Shown here in pieces: positions 35,871-49,400 of a stretch of DNA of 64,000 bases (its first letter is position 1; each line of letters starts with the position of its first letter). A program made the position numbers and the translations under genes. The DNA lies in the NCBI GenBank assembly GCA_045837725.1, contig JBEWZL010000022.1, positions 1-64,000 of the forward strand, in the 5' to 3' direction. Source of the stretch: Vermamoeba vermiformis (taxonomy: Eukaryota). The notes beneath the pieces were generated by a model. That model did not search any database. It was not told the origin of the DNA and was given only the letters and a program-made list of their open reading frames with translations.

Positions 35871-38174
35871 TTATTTATGGCCAGCCTTAACGTTAGTCTG
35901 ATTCTGATTAGCACCAGACTTGGGTCCCTTAAGCGCCTTAGTGCTAACTTCGAATACTTGCATAATAGCTTTCTTAAAGCAAGCGAAATTGTAATCGATC
36001 AAACCTACAAAAAGATCCGATCAGCGACTAGATCTTCATAAGAAAGGTTATATTATTTAATCTTACCGTGTTTGTCGAATTTATCTTCTCTAAGTAAGCA
36101 TACTAACGACAAATTGTTATTCACTTCGCGCAAATAAAGCACCATTCCGTTGTTCAACTTGATGACCGACTGTGTCTCGGGATCTGACGCCAAATTCTCT
36201 CCCTCTTCGCGCATTCTGCATGTACGACGGCATTTAGAAATTTATATAATATTGCTAATTATTTTCGTAGAATTTCAAAGAGTAATTTAAATTTGAGTGC
36301 AGTTTCGTTACAAAAATGCTTACCCATAAATGCAGGAGACGTCAATGACCACATCAATCATATCCGAACATAATTCATATCGCTGCATATCAACAGGACT
36401 ACAAGAGAACGCATTAGCACGAGCTCAAAGCCGAATTTCCAAATTAGGAAATGCCAGTACGCGGGGATTGAAAAATGAGTTTGTAATTACCTGCTATCAG
36501 TAGCGATATAAATCTTCGATACTACGTCAATCAAGAATGCTTTTTCCATTTGAGAGTTCTAAAAACAAATTTTAGTAAGCTAGATCTGGATACTAATAAA
36601 GGCGAACGTACCGAGATCAGAATATCGAGCAGGTTTTCAAGGGTTGGCAATTGAGGAATTAATTTTTGAACGACTTTGCTGAATGCTTCGTAGATTGAAT
36701 GGTCGTAAATTGAAGTCAAACTGAACGACAAGTGAATCGCTATGTAAAAATAATGTTAATTTATCCTTAAAAGCAATATGCGTGAATAATATAACTACCT
36801 TCAATACGAGATTCCATTAATTCATCAGTAGCTCGTTGTTGAATATCGCGTTGTGTTTCTACGCAGAAAAAATTTAGTTTCCATATTTGGCAATAGAACG
36901 AACATTAAAGGGCCTTATAATACGTACCAATTTTAGCGTCGTCAGAAAGACCATCGACTTTGTGAATAAAAACTTCGAATTTGATTTTTGGATTGATGTG
37001 GTACGCTTTGTGTACAATTGTCAGCAGCTGACTTACGGCCTCACTGTACTCGTCCTATAATATCAATCATAAGTATATATTATACCCTTCTAATGTAGCC
37101 GAGACCTATAACGTACCTGTGCATCAATCACAAAAATGAGAGCACCACATTGTTTGAAAATTGCTTCGCTACCCAGTGACGCGTCTTCAAAATCAATGTC
37201 GCCCGGGAAGTCCCAAATTTGGAAATTAACAAAAGGACTGTTGGATATATCTACAAATGCAATATTATTAGTATATTATAGTAATATAGTAAAGAAAATA
37301 GATATGTTAAGGTCGAATTGTCCGCTGAAGTTTCAATTTTCCCTTTCAATTTCGCGTTTTGTAATTTTCGTGGGATAAAGTATTCGTAATTATACTATGC
37401 AGACATCGTTCGCTAATTATAGGGCTATATTCGAAATTACTCTGGTAGGACACGGATCCGATCGAACTTACCGTTTTTGACAATTTTCATAGTAGGCTCC
37501 AAGTAATAGGTTTCATTAGGCGACATTTTGTGAAACACGACCTTTTGAATGCTCGACTTGCCAGTTCTATATTAAATAATTGAGAAATTTTAGTACCGCA
37601 TCCAGATCTCCGTGGAGGAACGTTGTTTATCAATATGAAGGCTATAATTATTCGTACTATGCTATTTATGACGTGGAATAATATTATTTAATTGTTTCTT
37701 ACCTGCGCATGCCCAGCAATAAAATTCGAGGTCTCAATTCATCATTCAACGTCGTGATTCCCTCTCCATGGAACTCTTCGCCATATCTATATTTAATATA
37801 AATAATTTCAGTATTATTCTTGCTGAGGGTATCATTTCTGGCAATTTAATAATTTTGATCGAGCCAGATCTTTTTGTAATAGCAAAAGTGATGCATTTGC
37901 TCGTGTAAATTTGTCCAATATTTCGTTGAATTATTTTCTAATAATATTTGGCTTAATAGTGAATGTAACGGATAAAAAATCAATTGATCTGATCCACCCA
38001 CCCCAAGTCATTAGGGAATGATCCAAAAGCTAAATTATCGTCTTCAGTTGATCCTCCTAAATCGTCATAGCTGGCTTTAAATGACTCCTAATTATTAGTT
38101 AAGGAGAAACAAATAACTATTGAATTATAATGAATCTGCGACTGAAATAATATTGAAAAGGATACGAGTGCCAT
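35871..38174 (-). CDS. ragC: Rag GTPase RagC/RagD (Gtr2) of the TORC1 pathway, about 12 exons
   Basis: [106 protein letters not shown]. Confidence 0.95.
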
Positions 38175-38374
38175 GATTAATATATAAATATGGTGGTTAT
38201 TAGTGCACGGTGAATAACAAAATTTTCGAGCCAGATCTTGTTTCAATAATGTTTGCCGGCCAAAACACTTTGCCTGTCAAATTTTCGTGAGACGCAACGA
38301 AAGTTTCGTCCGAAAGACTATTTAAAGAATGACGTAATATAGTGTAATATATATTAATATTTATTTTTGTAAAA

Positions 38375-41151
38375 ATGCAAACAGAAGGTACTACGATCGA
38401 TCGAAAAATAGATTTGCTGTTGCTAATGCAGATGTGGTTTAATAGGTCTGTCTATAAGTCACACGAATGATTTTAAGAAAATCAGGACTATAAAGAGAAC
38501 TAAACAGAAGCAGAGATTCGAGAAGATCTTGATCAAGTTCCAACGCGTAAGAAATTAATTTCAAATAAAATTGCAAATTTATTTATTAATAAAAATAAGA
38601 AAATAATTATTCATGCATATAATTAATTTATTTACCGTAGTTTTCGCATTTATCTGCAACGCAAAAACCTGCACCTAAATCCAGTTTTTGGCGACGAAGT
38701 TCAAGTTCCCCATCGTTATTAGGCGATGAAGACGCTGAAGATATTAATAAAGCTAAATCATGCTCTATTTGCAAGTAAGTCCGGCCAATTCCGCTCATAA
38801 TCAGATCAGATCTCGAAATTGAAATATTTATTAAAATTTTTATTATAGAGCCATCTTCGAATTAACGCGCCTTAAAAAGCATTTATGTCCCATATGCCAA
38901 ACAGTAGTCTGCAATAACGATTTTGGAAGAAAACTCCCTTTAGAATCGCCTGCTACAGGTAGATCAATTTTTTATTCTTTACCAAATTCTTTTATTTAAA
39001 ATTTTATCAATTTTATTATTATAGGCGAAGTCGAGGTTTGCAGAAAATGCTTTTTGATCGTCAAAACCAAAGAAAATCGCGAAGAATTTTTGAAGCACGT
39101 TGACAAGGCCAAACACGACGAATTGAGTTTGATGTACAATACATTAATCTCGCTAAAATCATCTATTATTATGAGTATACCAACACTAAGGTACGTGCAA
39201 ATATCAATATCGCCATTATTCGAATATTCCATTTCACTTCATTGAAAATAATCCGAGATCCGATCACAAAAAATCGAACCACAGATCCGTTTTTTAATTT
39301 GCAGACAATATATCGTTATTTCGCATATATGATACTATTATATAGCGGTATTAGTACTAACATTGTGTTTGTTTTCCACAGAGGTTTGGTGTATTCAATG
39401 ATCGAAGTGAAAAAAATGGTCGAACAAACAAGAAGTTCTAAAAATAGCGCGGGAATGGTCGATGTTGCAGCGCTGTTTGATTTGATCGAACAAGCCACTC
39501 AATTGCGCGATAAAATGCGAAGAGATTTTGCGGGCTTGGACTCGCGGATCAAGAAAATTGATTCGTTGCAGTACTTGGCCTCAGACGACGGCATCAAATT
39601 GAAGAAAAATTTGCATTATATGCTCGTTCAATTTTTGCAAACGAATCTCCCTGAATTCAGATTTTTAGATCGAGTAAGTACATCCAGATCAAAAAAAGAC
39701 AAACAAATTATTTTATCTTTGCAATAATTTACTTATTAATGATTATTTCCTTATTTAGCAATTGGACACCATTGTAAATAACCAACCGTTGATGAAATAC
39801 CTGAAAGAATTAGAAGCGGAACAAAAGACCAAAAAAGCACAAACAGCTGCAAATAACAAACAACTGACAACGTCATCAGAACCAAAGAAAAGACCTGCAA
39901 ATATAAATAATAGCAATAATAACCGACAGTCAGCTGAGCCGCAAATTAAAATTGCCAAGAATTACGTTAGCGACAAAGAACCAATTATTACAAATGTCAT
40001 TCCGTGCATTTGTCCTTTGCAGGTACGATTTGATAATATAATATAAATATAAATATATATCGATATAATAGTTAAATGCGACCATTTATCATTCGACAAG
40101 TTGCTTGGATCAAGATCCGTTAACTTTGTTAGGGTTGCAAATAGGAATAATTAATATAATTGATTTTTCGAGGAAATAAATCTAATTAACTTCATTATTA
40201 GGGAGGCAATTTGCTGACAGTCAAAGGCCAAGACTTTGATCGCGGGTCACAAGTCCTCATCAACGGCGTGCTCGTAGAACAACGGGCCGTGAAGTCAATC
40301 GAACTCGATCGCGATGTCTGTCAGATCAAATTTGTTTGTCCGAAACAACGCGTTGAAGGTACGTATAAATATTTCCATATTAGGAAAAAAAACTTTCGCA
40401 AAGGCTGCCGCTTTAATTTGGCGCGCCTAATAAGAGGGCAGAAATGAAAAGAATTTATTGAGGACGTACCAGCATACTATAAAATTTCCATATTAGGAAA
40501 AATTAGAACCGAACTCATTCTTTTTTTGGATCAGGCCCTGCTGTACTTGAGATTCGCAACTCAAATGGATTCAAATGCAGCTTACAAGATGTTCTTATAT
40601 TCACGGATGACCCTGCGTTGACTGAAGCTTTCAAAGCGCAAGAGTCGGAAGAACTCAATGAAATTTCAAATAACACGGAGTTCAGTGAAACGTACGATTT
40701 CGAAAGTCACTCGCCAAAATTAGATTTCGAAGAAGATTGGTTCAAAGACAAGCCTATGAATAGCAATGCTAATAGTAATTCTACGAATATGTTGCGAGAA
40801 AGCCAAGAAAAAAATCCGCTGAGCAGATCCGGATCTCAGTCGATGAAGATCGAAAGAAAAGCAACCAATTCAAATCAATTTAGTACTATCCCCGGGCCAA
40901 GGGCACCTTCATATAGTCCAACGGATAGTAGTCCTACAAAAATATCTCCACGGTCCGTGCCGGTGAGTCCAATGATCACTAATAGATCCGCCGAAGTCCA
41001 CTTTGACAAACCGGATCTGGACTTGCTCGTAGAACAAGTCAGCTTAGAGACTCAAAGTAGTCATAGGCGCACTAATAGTACTGGTGCTGCTGTCAGTGAA
41101 TTGCCTGTAAGTCGAAAATGGGGTCGGAAATAAAAAACGTCCAAAATAATT
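38375..41151 (+). CDS. FYVE-like zinc finger + helical region + IPT/TIG domain protein, multi-exon
   Basis: CSICK..F....KKHLCPICQTVVC...VCRKC; later PIITNVIPCICPLQGGNLLTVKGQDFDRGSQVLING (IPT/TIG-like); Ser/Pro-rich tail. Confidence 0.7.
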
Positions 41152-41180
41152 TTTGCAAATATTTATATAGCCGTTATAAA

Positions 41181-42926
41181 CTAATTAAAGGGCATATTTT
41201 CGATAAATCTGTGCACCATATCAAGTGCAACTTCAGGTGTATCAGCGGTGACAAAATGACCGCTGTTGGGCACAACGTATTGCGTCAACTTATCGTAACT
41301 TCGTACCAAGGCCACGGTGTTGTAGCCTCTAACAACAGATGTGCGTTGAGCTCGTTGAAATTGCGGCATTAACGGCCAATCAATCTTTGACAGCCAGTAG
41401 TCTGCACCGACTGCCGTGACGACCGTGTCTCGTGCACCTTGAAAGATCAACACTCTGTAGTCTTTCAATATATCAGGGAACACATACGCCATGCTCTATA
41501 CATCATAATTAGAAAAATAATTGGAAAGTGACGTGCTGGATCTGACCTGCGAAAAATCATTGAACAAAGCAATCGTCACTGAGGGGGCTGACCACAAATA
41601 ACTAGCGTTAGTAGGTACGCCTAGCTCTTGTTTAGCCTCGCTTGAGTTCAAAAGTGTGGCATAAGCGCCCCAAATGTAATTTTTTTGAATGCAGTCAATG
41701 TCGCACGTGTAGTCATAAAACACATATCCACCTGTATGATAATGAGTTATTATTGTGTATAGATAGCATGAATGTATAGTGCCCGGGTACCTAATGACGA
41801 TGCATTCATAATGATCTGCCAATACATTATAGACGCGTCCATAAAGTCGCCGTTATTGAACAGGTCAGTGAACATTTGCTGCTGTTGTTGAGCCATAGCT
41901 CTGCAAAAATTATCAGTAAAACCGGTATTATATAGTATTATTATTACTTTTGCTCCAAGGTGTATACTCCAATATTGTAAAAGAAGTCAGCGTAGGTTTG
42001 AACTTGGTTGATCGGATCTGTCAGACCATTGCCAATACCAATTCCTTTCAAATTAATGTAAATATAATCTCGTTGCTTTTTACGGTCCATTCTAGCGTGC
42101 AAATGCTGATTTGATGATGAAATTGCAGCGTTTTGTTGCTGGATGTAGTCCGCGATCGCAGGGACATACTTTCCACCTATCCAACTTCGTTAGAAAATGC
42201 GTAATTTTGTACAAACCAATAAATTGTAAAATATTTACCGTAAGATTCGCCAAAAGCATAGAAATCATTCGTTTTGTATTGCGGATGTTGATAAAAAAAG
42301 TCTTGCAAAGCGTTGTATAATTGTCGAGCCATATCTTTTTCATTAGTAACTTCTTGACCTGCATTCACTGTGCTAAATCCAACGCCACACGGATTATCAA
42401 CGAAGAGCAAGCTGTAGCGTTTGTTCCATGTAAATTCGTTCATCGAAATTTCTAATGTGTTGCTGTCGATACGATAAGGACCCATGCCATGAAAGATCTT
42501 AAGCATAATATTAATATACGTAACTATAATTGAGGCAATAGCACATTGCCATTCTAAGATCTAATTTTTTGCTTGTTTTTTAAAGCTTCGCACTTACTTG
42601 GAACATTCCACTAATTCCAGGCCCACCTTCAAGCCATAATATAATAGGAGCACTACTATTTGCAGCCTCAAAGAACCAATAGAACATTTGAGCATTGGAT
42701 GACACATCCGCTGTCAAAAAACCAGAGAGCTGTCGACCTGCCGTTGGTGGGAATAATTTGGCATTAACTGAATAAAATAATCATTAATTTTTGAAAATTA
42801 AAGTAAAGAAGCGCTCGGAATTACATGTAAAATTAGTTTAACTAACGAAAAAAATAGTATCTAATTACCGTTTGGCATTAAACATAGCACCAGTACAAGT
42901 GCACATAGTAGACGTATGATATTCAT
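41181..42926 (-). CDS. Secreted serine carboxypeptidase (peptidase S10), multi-exon
   Basis: MFYWFFEA, IWLEGGPG, LLFVDNPCGVGFS, FYAFGESY (nucleophile motif), GIGIGNGLTDP, VPNSGHFV. Confidence 0.92.
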
Positions 42927-43796
42927 TTGGTCTATTGCGTCGTGAAGGGCTGAGATAAGAAGACTGACGTTTTACCGGGTTTTGAACTTGCAGGCCGATT
43001 TGTAGGCCATCGATTAAGGCTGAACTTTCGGCACACTATTCAGCATTTTTAGTAGCATTTAATCACAATTGTGCCTTGGGGGCCATACCGGGTAATTAAG
43101 ATGGTTGGAACTTCCTTCCGATTTTTCGATGTAATAATCTTTGTTGGAAATTCTACTCTTCCAATAACAGTAAATTAGTATCTATAGCGGCTAGTATTAT
43201 GAGCTCATACTAATTGCTTTGTTGTCGACAGAACGGATGAATGTTGAAAAAGAATCTTTGGCGCTTTTTTTTTTTTTAATTATCACGCAATCATAGTCGT
43301 GCACTACAACACATTTATCTAAGTGCGTGATCTTATTTATTTATTTTCAAGATTAGATCTAAACAGTTGCTCACAACTCCGGCGTTCGCGGTGGTAGATC
43401 CAACTCTAACAGAAGATTATCCAAATTAATTTTTCCCGGCTGGTAAAATATATACCACTTATATTATTCATAATATTCCAGGGAAAATAAACTCTCGTTG
43501 TAATAATTACGCGCAAAATAACTGCGCAATATTTCTTATTCCAAACACAATCCGGACTGTGCGCCGATTGCAAATTACCTGCTGGATTAATGTATATATT
43601 TATATATAATTACTTTACATTAATGTGACCGTAATGTACATGAGCTGTAGTTGACTGAAGACAGGGCGTGCGCACGGGGTTATTTTCGTTGAACAATCAC
43701 GTGTCTCAAACAGTTAGGCCTGTGCAGATTTTGCCAACATTTTAACGATTACAAGCACACAAACAAGTACATTAATCAATTAACCGACCGAACGAA

Positions 43797-45295
43797 ATGT
43801 CTAGTGAACCAGAGACCACATCCGCTGAAATGAAAAGAAAGCGTGAGGTTAGCGCCGCCTCTATTTATTTGTCGGTAATTCTAACCATTTTAATCTATAA
43901 CCTTTGTATTATAGGAGACTGAAGACCTATCGTCTCCACCACCAAAGAAGATCAAAACGAGCGAAACGAACGGAGATCTCGGTGCTCAATCTGATCCGGC
44001 TTCAAACGCTCGCAACGATGCAATGGTTATCGATTCTAATACTCCTGAATATCCCTCAAAGTCGGCAACAAGCTGGGACGCGAAGTTATTGAAGGTCTTT
44101 CCGTCATTACTCTTCCCAGAAAAAAATTCAGCTTCGTACTGCCCTGTGAATACTGATCATCCTTTGTTCCTCGCAATACCCTACATCGAAGACCTAAAAT
44201 TGTACGCTAAATATTTCTCAAATCGCAGCTACTGATGCTTTCTAACTTAGTTTAATTTTAACGGTTGGCTCCGTGAGCAAACAAACTCGTCAACTGGTAT
44301 TTCTTCCGGGACCTGCTTGGACGAAGAGTGTACGCACCTATTAATACGTCATAATAATTTACTGGAAAAGCCTCGCTAAATTCTCGTTCAGTTTCGCAGA
44401 ATTTTTGGATCGGACAACTTCAATGACGACAATATTGAGTTCTCAACGGAGTTTAAGAACTACCAAACAGAGTTTGAGCAAGACACTACGCCAATAGCCT
44501 TTTATGACACTACGCACATCGCGCCTGCTACGTATCTCGAGCGGATCTTGGTGTTCAAAGGCAAGAATTACCATTTCGATGAGTTTGATGGGTGCCCGCT
44601 GTGGGAAGCCGATGGCTGGGTTGACTTTTGCATCGATTTCTTTGGCGATGCATTTTGGTACGCCCATGCCGAGGGTAAGCATTATTTTAAGTTTTACTCG
44701 ATCCCGATCTGATCGTACTTTCTGCCCAGGATGCGGTAGAGCGGGCGAGTACAACGCTAACAACGATTTATTTGGAGAAGGTCGTCTTATTGTACGCAGT
44801 AAGGCTTGGTTGAAGGGCGAAGAAACTATTTTTTTTGACGAAGTATCTCGATCTTGCGAAGAAGAAGAAGAAGAGGAGGAAGATGAAAATATTGAGGAGG
44901 ATGAACATGAGGACGGCAGTGAAAAGAGAAATGAAGAAGAGCTGCGCGAAGAAAAAGTTCAGAAAAATTTCCAAGAAGAAAAATCAAAAAAAGAAGGATC
45001 CGATCCAGTTCCCGCAGAAAAACTCGCCGCGAAACCGACCGATAAGCTTGCTCAACTACAACAACAAATAGACGAGAGTGAAACAGCAACAAAAGAGAGG
45101 CACGAGAAAGAAAAACTCGCTCGAATGCCACCAAAGGAGCGATGCGTGTACGAACACTTTCAACGATTTGGAGGCAAATTGCCACTGCCTAAAGGTGATG
45201 ATCGAGATACTGGCATTTATTTGGTAGCACCTTACTCGCGCGAAATTCAAGGCGGACGCTTGATCTTCGATTTGTCCAGCAACATGGAATGGTGA
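43797..45295 (+). CDS. Hypothetical protein with NLS-like motif and poly-Glu tract, multi-exon; paralog of 29099-30453
   Basis: MSSEPETTSAEMKRKRE|ETEDLSSPPPKKIK...; last exon GCGRAGEY...RSKAWLKGEETIFF...FGGKLPLPKGDDRD. Confidence 0.7.
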
Positions 45296-45750
45296 ATCCG
45301 ACGACAAAATCTACGCTATTATTATATTATACTCTTATACTATTCTTTAATTAAATCATACGCTTGCCTCGTCAAATTTGACGATCGGCAAAATATAAGT
45401 CGCTTTTTCGGCTGTTGCAGGAAATTACGAAATACGCAAGAGCAATTGTGATCAATAAAAGGACACAAAACTAAACGAAGCTTGTTATTAATATGATCTT
45501 TTGGGTGAAATGTATACTATTAAAGTCATTCAGACTGGTCATGATAAGATTTGACAACATCGGCGCTCAAATCTTTATTTATTGAATTGCGCAATTCATT
45601 TATTTGATTGAAAATGAAATCGAAAATCGAAATATTCGATCTCGCAAAGCAAAAAAAGATGGAAAACGTGAAAGATTTGGTCTGACAGCGGCTAATTGTC
45701 GCGACAATAAAAAAGATCGATGAGGAACAATTCAATTATCTTACTCATCA

Positions 45751-46208
45751 ATGTCGCGCATACCAACAGACAACCTTCATCGAGCTCTATTCGGTGTCAC
45801 TATCGGAGCTCTCTGCTTATCGACAATATTGCTCTTGATTGGACTGATTTTCCTCAATGTGACCGTAATTGTTCCTGCAGTTTGGTTAGTCACATCATCA
45901 ATTCTAGCACTCGTCGGTGTGCTCAAGAATCACCGCACAATATTAATAGTCAGTACTGTCGGTAAGTAATGTATATTATTATTTTTGGATCTGATCTGAC
46001 GAATGACGCCGATTGAATAGGATCTGGAATTGCAGCTGCAGGTTTACTTGCCCTAACAATCCTTTCTGTGTTTTGGGTTTATGCATGGAATTCCAGCGTT
46101 TCAGTCGAGCTCGCGATTTTAATCTGCAATACGATTATCTATCCAGTGCAATTCGCTCTATTGATCTCCTGTCTTCGAAAAAAATTCTTTGTAGAGACGT
46201 TCTTGTAA
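45751..46208 (+). CDS. Small four-TM membrane protein (2 exons), paralog of 28361-28809
   Basis: MSRIPTDNLHRALFGVTIGAL...NHRTILIVSTV, GTAAGT donor, GSGIAAAGLLAL...FFVETFL*. Confidence 0.7.
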
Positions 46209-46247
46209 ACTCCAACATAGTTTCTTGTAAATACGAATAAATCAGGT

Positions 46248-46435
46248 ACGGCTCCGCAGCCCAATTTGGAATTTGCAATGCAAAAGCGTTGGCGAACAAA
46301 TTAAGGGGGGCGAAGGGGCGAACCGCTTTTCGGCGCGGTGGTGGGTCAGAACAGATCGCGAGATCTGCCACTGTGTCGTGCACAGCGGAGGCCTTGGCCC
46401 TGCCAATGGGGGTTTTCACCCCACACCGTAGCCGT
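46248..46435 (-). ncRNA. GC-rich multibranch structured RNA forming the retroelement 3' UTR (family unrecognised)
   Basis: Terminal ACGGCT/AGCCGT helix enclosing GGGGT-GAAA-ACCCC, CCGCTGTG/CACAGTGG, CAGATC/GATCTG, ACCGC/GCGGT, TTGGC/GCCAA and TTTGC/GCAAA helices. Confidence 0.55.
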
Positions 46436-46442
46436 GTCTCAA

Positions 46443-49400
46443 TTATTTTATTTTATATATTGTTGGATCAGTTTTTAACGCGCGATCTGGATGGCGCTCG
46501 AGAAAGGTAATTCTATCGCTTAGTATAACAAAGTATTTTCCAAAATTATTGTCGCCTAAATTGTGACGTGCTCTCATATTCCATTTGAAGTGTAGAGTCG
46601 TAATCGTAATAATTATATTTATTAATCTGTTTTCGGGTAGTTGTAAAAGATCGCGGAAGAGAGCCCAACGGCTCCGATAATTTATGAAGTATTTGTTTAC
46701 GTGTGCAAGCAGACTGTTGTCAATCCAGTCTATGCAGTCGAAGAGTGCGTGTTCAATTGTCTCTGGGACTTCGTGGCAGTGCTCGCACGTTGAATGCGGG
46801 ATTTGATGGGTTTTTTGAAGGAACACACGAGTAGGTAAGCAGTCGTAAATTAAGTACGTTAGGAATTCTTTCGTTTGGTTGTTTATATTAATTTTGTGGC
46901 TATTTTCAATTAATTTTTTAATTTTGTTTAGATCGAGTCTGTCACGAATTATTTTCGGAAGCTTGAATTTGCGCACGAGCTGTTTGGCGGCGGTATGTAA
47001 TAGTTGATTAATATTTTGGTTCATTACGAATTTTAGTTTTAAATCGGATTCGCTTTCAAAGGCACAGTATTGCGTGACGATATTGATTGGCTTTTGGTTA
47101 CTTTTTATTAGATTTATTTCTGATAGTTGTTTTGATGTAGGGATCAGTTCCTGTTTGATGACTTTGCCTGACGCTATAGTTACTTTTATTGGAATTGCGT
47201 CTGTCTTGTGCACTCTGTAGTTGACGATCATGTTCCCTTTGATGAACTTGTCTTCTGGGCATTTGAAGGTAATATAGTTGTTCTCGTCTTTGTTTATAGC
47301 GATACCTATTTTATTAATGCGGTTATTTTTTAGTGCTGCGATCCACTCGTTCTCGCAGATTGTGAAGCGTCTGTGCATTATGCGTCTCCATGCATTGGTT
47401 ATGTTGTCGAATACTCTGTCAGTCACTGCTTTACTGTCCGTTTTTGCAAGCAAGTGCAATTGGTGGTGGTCTTTCTTTTCCTCAAGGTAATTTTCTAGCA
47501 TTAGCATCCATGGGGTTGGTTTAGTTTTGTTTTCTTTAATTGCTAAGTATTTGACGATCCATTTCGATGTGAGTGCCGTTGACTTAGCTCGTATGTCGGT
47601 GAAGTTTTGACCACCTTTATCAAATGGAGCGTTTAGTTTTCGAATTTGAATTGGGTTTTTCTTGCGTGTCCCTTTGTAGAATTTAGATATGCTTTGTTCT
47701 ATACTCCTAAGGTGTGAGTGGTGTATGAAATATACACTGCCCAGGTACCATAGTTTCGATAGCGCTAAGGATTCGACTACAATCTTTTTGCCAAACAAGG
47801 ACAGTGGGGCGTATTTCCACCGTCTAAGTACTGAGTTGATCTTGTTGACTTGAGCTTTCCAAATGTTTTGATCTATGGGGTATGACACCTTGGCTCCAAG
47901 GTATTTAAGTCCCTGCTCGGCATTTGTGAATTGATAGCTACCTGGGATGTCCTCCCATTTGCCAATTGTGAGCATTTTTGATTTGCTTTCATTGACCTTC
48001 GCTCCTGTTATTGCACAATACGTGTCAATGCACTGCTTGAGGGGTATGAGCTCTTTTTTGTTGTTAATGAGTGCCATAGTGTCGTCTGCATAGCCTTGTG
48101 TCTTTTGTTTGACGATTGGATTGGGACTTATGTCTGAGTTATCCCGAACTAAGGTGTGGAGTACTTCAATTATAAGGATAAATAGAAGGGGAGATAGGGG
48201 GCAGCCCTGTTTGACCCCTGATTGTACTTTAAAGTGGTTCGAAAGTTTGTTGTTGATTCTGACCTGGGCCCAGCTATTCCTGTAGATAGCTATTACAATT
48301 GACAGGAGTTTAGGAGGGAAATTTAATTCCCTGAGTATAGCTATCAATGACCTGTGGTCAATTCTGTCAAATGCTTTTTCCCAGTCTAGTAGCAGTAGGG
48401 CTATTCTTTTGTTGTGTATTTTGTAGTGTTCAATTAATGCCTGGATTGTGATAATATTCTCTCTAATATCCCTGCCTTGTATGAATCCTGTTTGGTGTGG
48501 GCCAACATAGTCTCCCACAATAGGGGCTAGTCTGTCTGCGACACATTTAGTGAGGATTTTGTACGCTGAGTTGGTTAGTGTTATGGGTCGCCAGTCTTTG
48601 GGTTCTGAGTTCTCCTTGGGTGTGTTTGGTTTTGGGACTAGTGTTATAATTGAATTCTCGAAGTTCTTGGGGATTTTCTCTCTGCTTGTAATCTCGTTGA
48701 ATAGGTTAGCTAGCACTGGGGCCCACTCTTTTTTCAGTGTTTTGAATAAGGCCATAGTTAATCCATCAGGACCTGGGGCTTTGTCTATGGTGATGTTGTC
48801 TATTGCGTGACAGATTTCGTTAACTGTGAACTCTTCACAGCAGATGTTGTTGGTGAATTTGAAAGATTTTGTTACTGACGACATCACCTCCTGTAATTTA
48901 TTCATTTGCACTTGTTTGGGGCTATATAGTGTCTTGTAGAAGTTCCTGGTTACGTTCAGCATTTCGTTGGTAGTTTTAAGCGTTTTACCGCCAGACTGCA
49001 TTGAGCTTATTATAATTCGCTTGTCTTCTTTGTTTCTGTTGAAGAATGACTTAGTGGGCTTCTCTCCGTTCTCATACCAGTATCGAGCTTCTTCATAGCA
49101 TTTGTTATTGAGTTTTTCTATTTCTATTTGGTTTATTTGTTCCTTAATACGTTCATACTCTATGCATTCTGTGTTGTCATCCCTTTCAAATTCTGCCATT
49201 CTTGCCTCTAGGTCTACCAGTCGCTTGTCCCTTTGCTGGTCTAACTCCTTTTGTTTTGTTTTGAGGAATTCCTTTATTTTTGTCATTAGGTTGTCAAAGT
49301 GTGTGGCCCACGTGATGTTGTTTGGTTTCATTATTCTGAGCCACGTACTAATTTGCTTCTGTATTTCTTTGTTCTCCATGGTGACAGTTCGTAACCTCCA

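Larger units (their letters stand above)
43230..46235 (+). repeat. Inverted segmental duplication, right arm (pairs with ~28330-31010)
   Basis: Same gene pair and upstream non-coding block in opposite orientation; the intergenic stretch ~45410-45750 does not match the left arm. Confidence 0.9.

Noticed and set aside
46248-46435. RNase MRP/P, SRP, tRNA or group II intron domain V identity for the 3' structure
   Set aside because: Only short look-alike words (GAAAACCCCC, GGGCT, GAGCCGTA); the required spacing and helices are missing.
46289-46510. Short ORFs (46289..46510 +, 46135..46419 -) over the GC-rich segment
   Set aside because: Open frames are expected in GC-rich sequence; no protein features, and the pattern is better explained by RNA helices.
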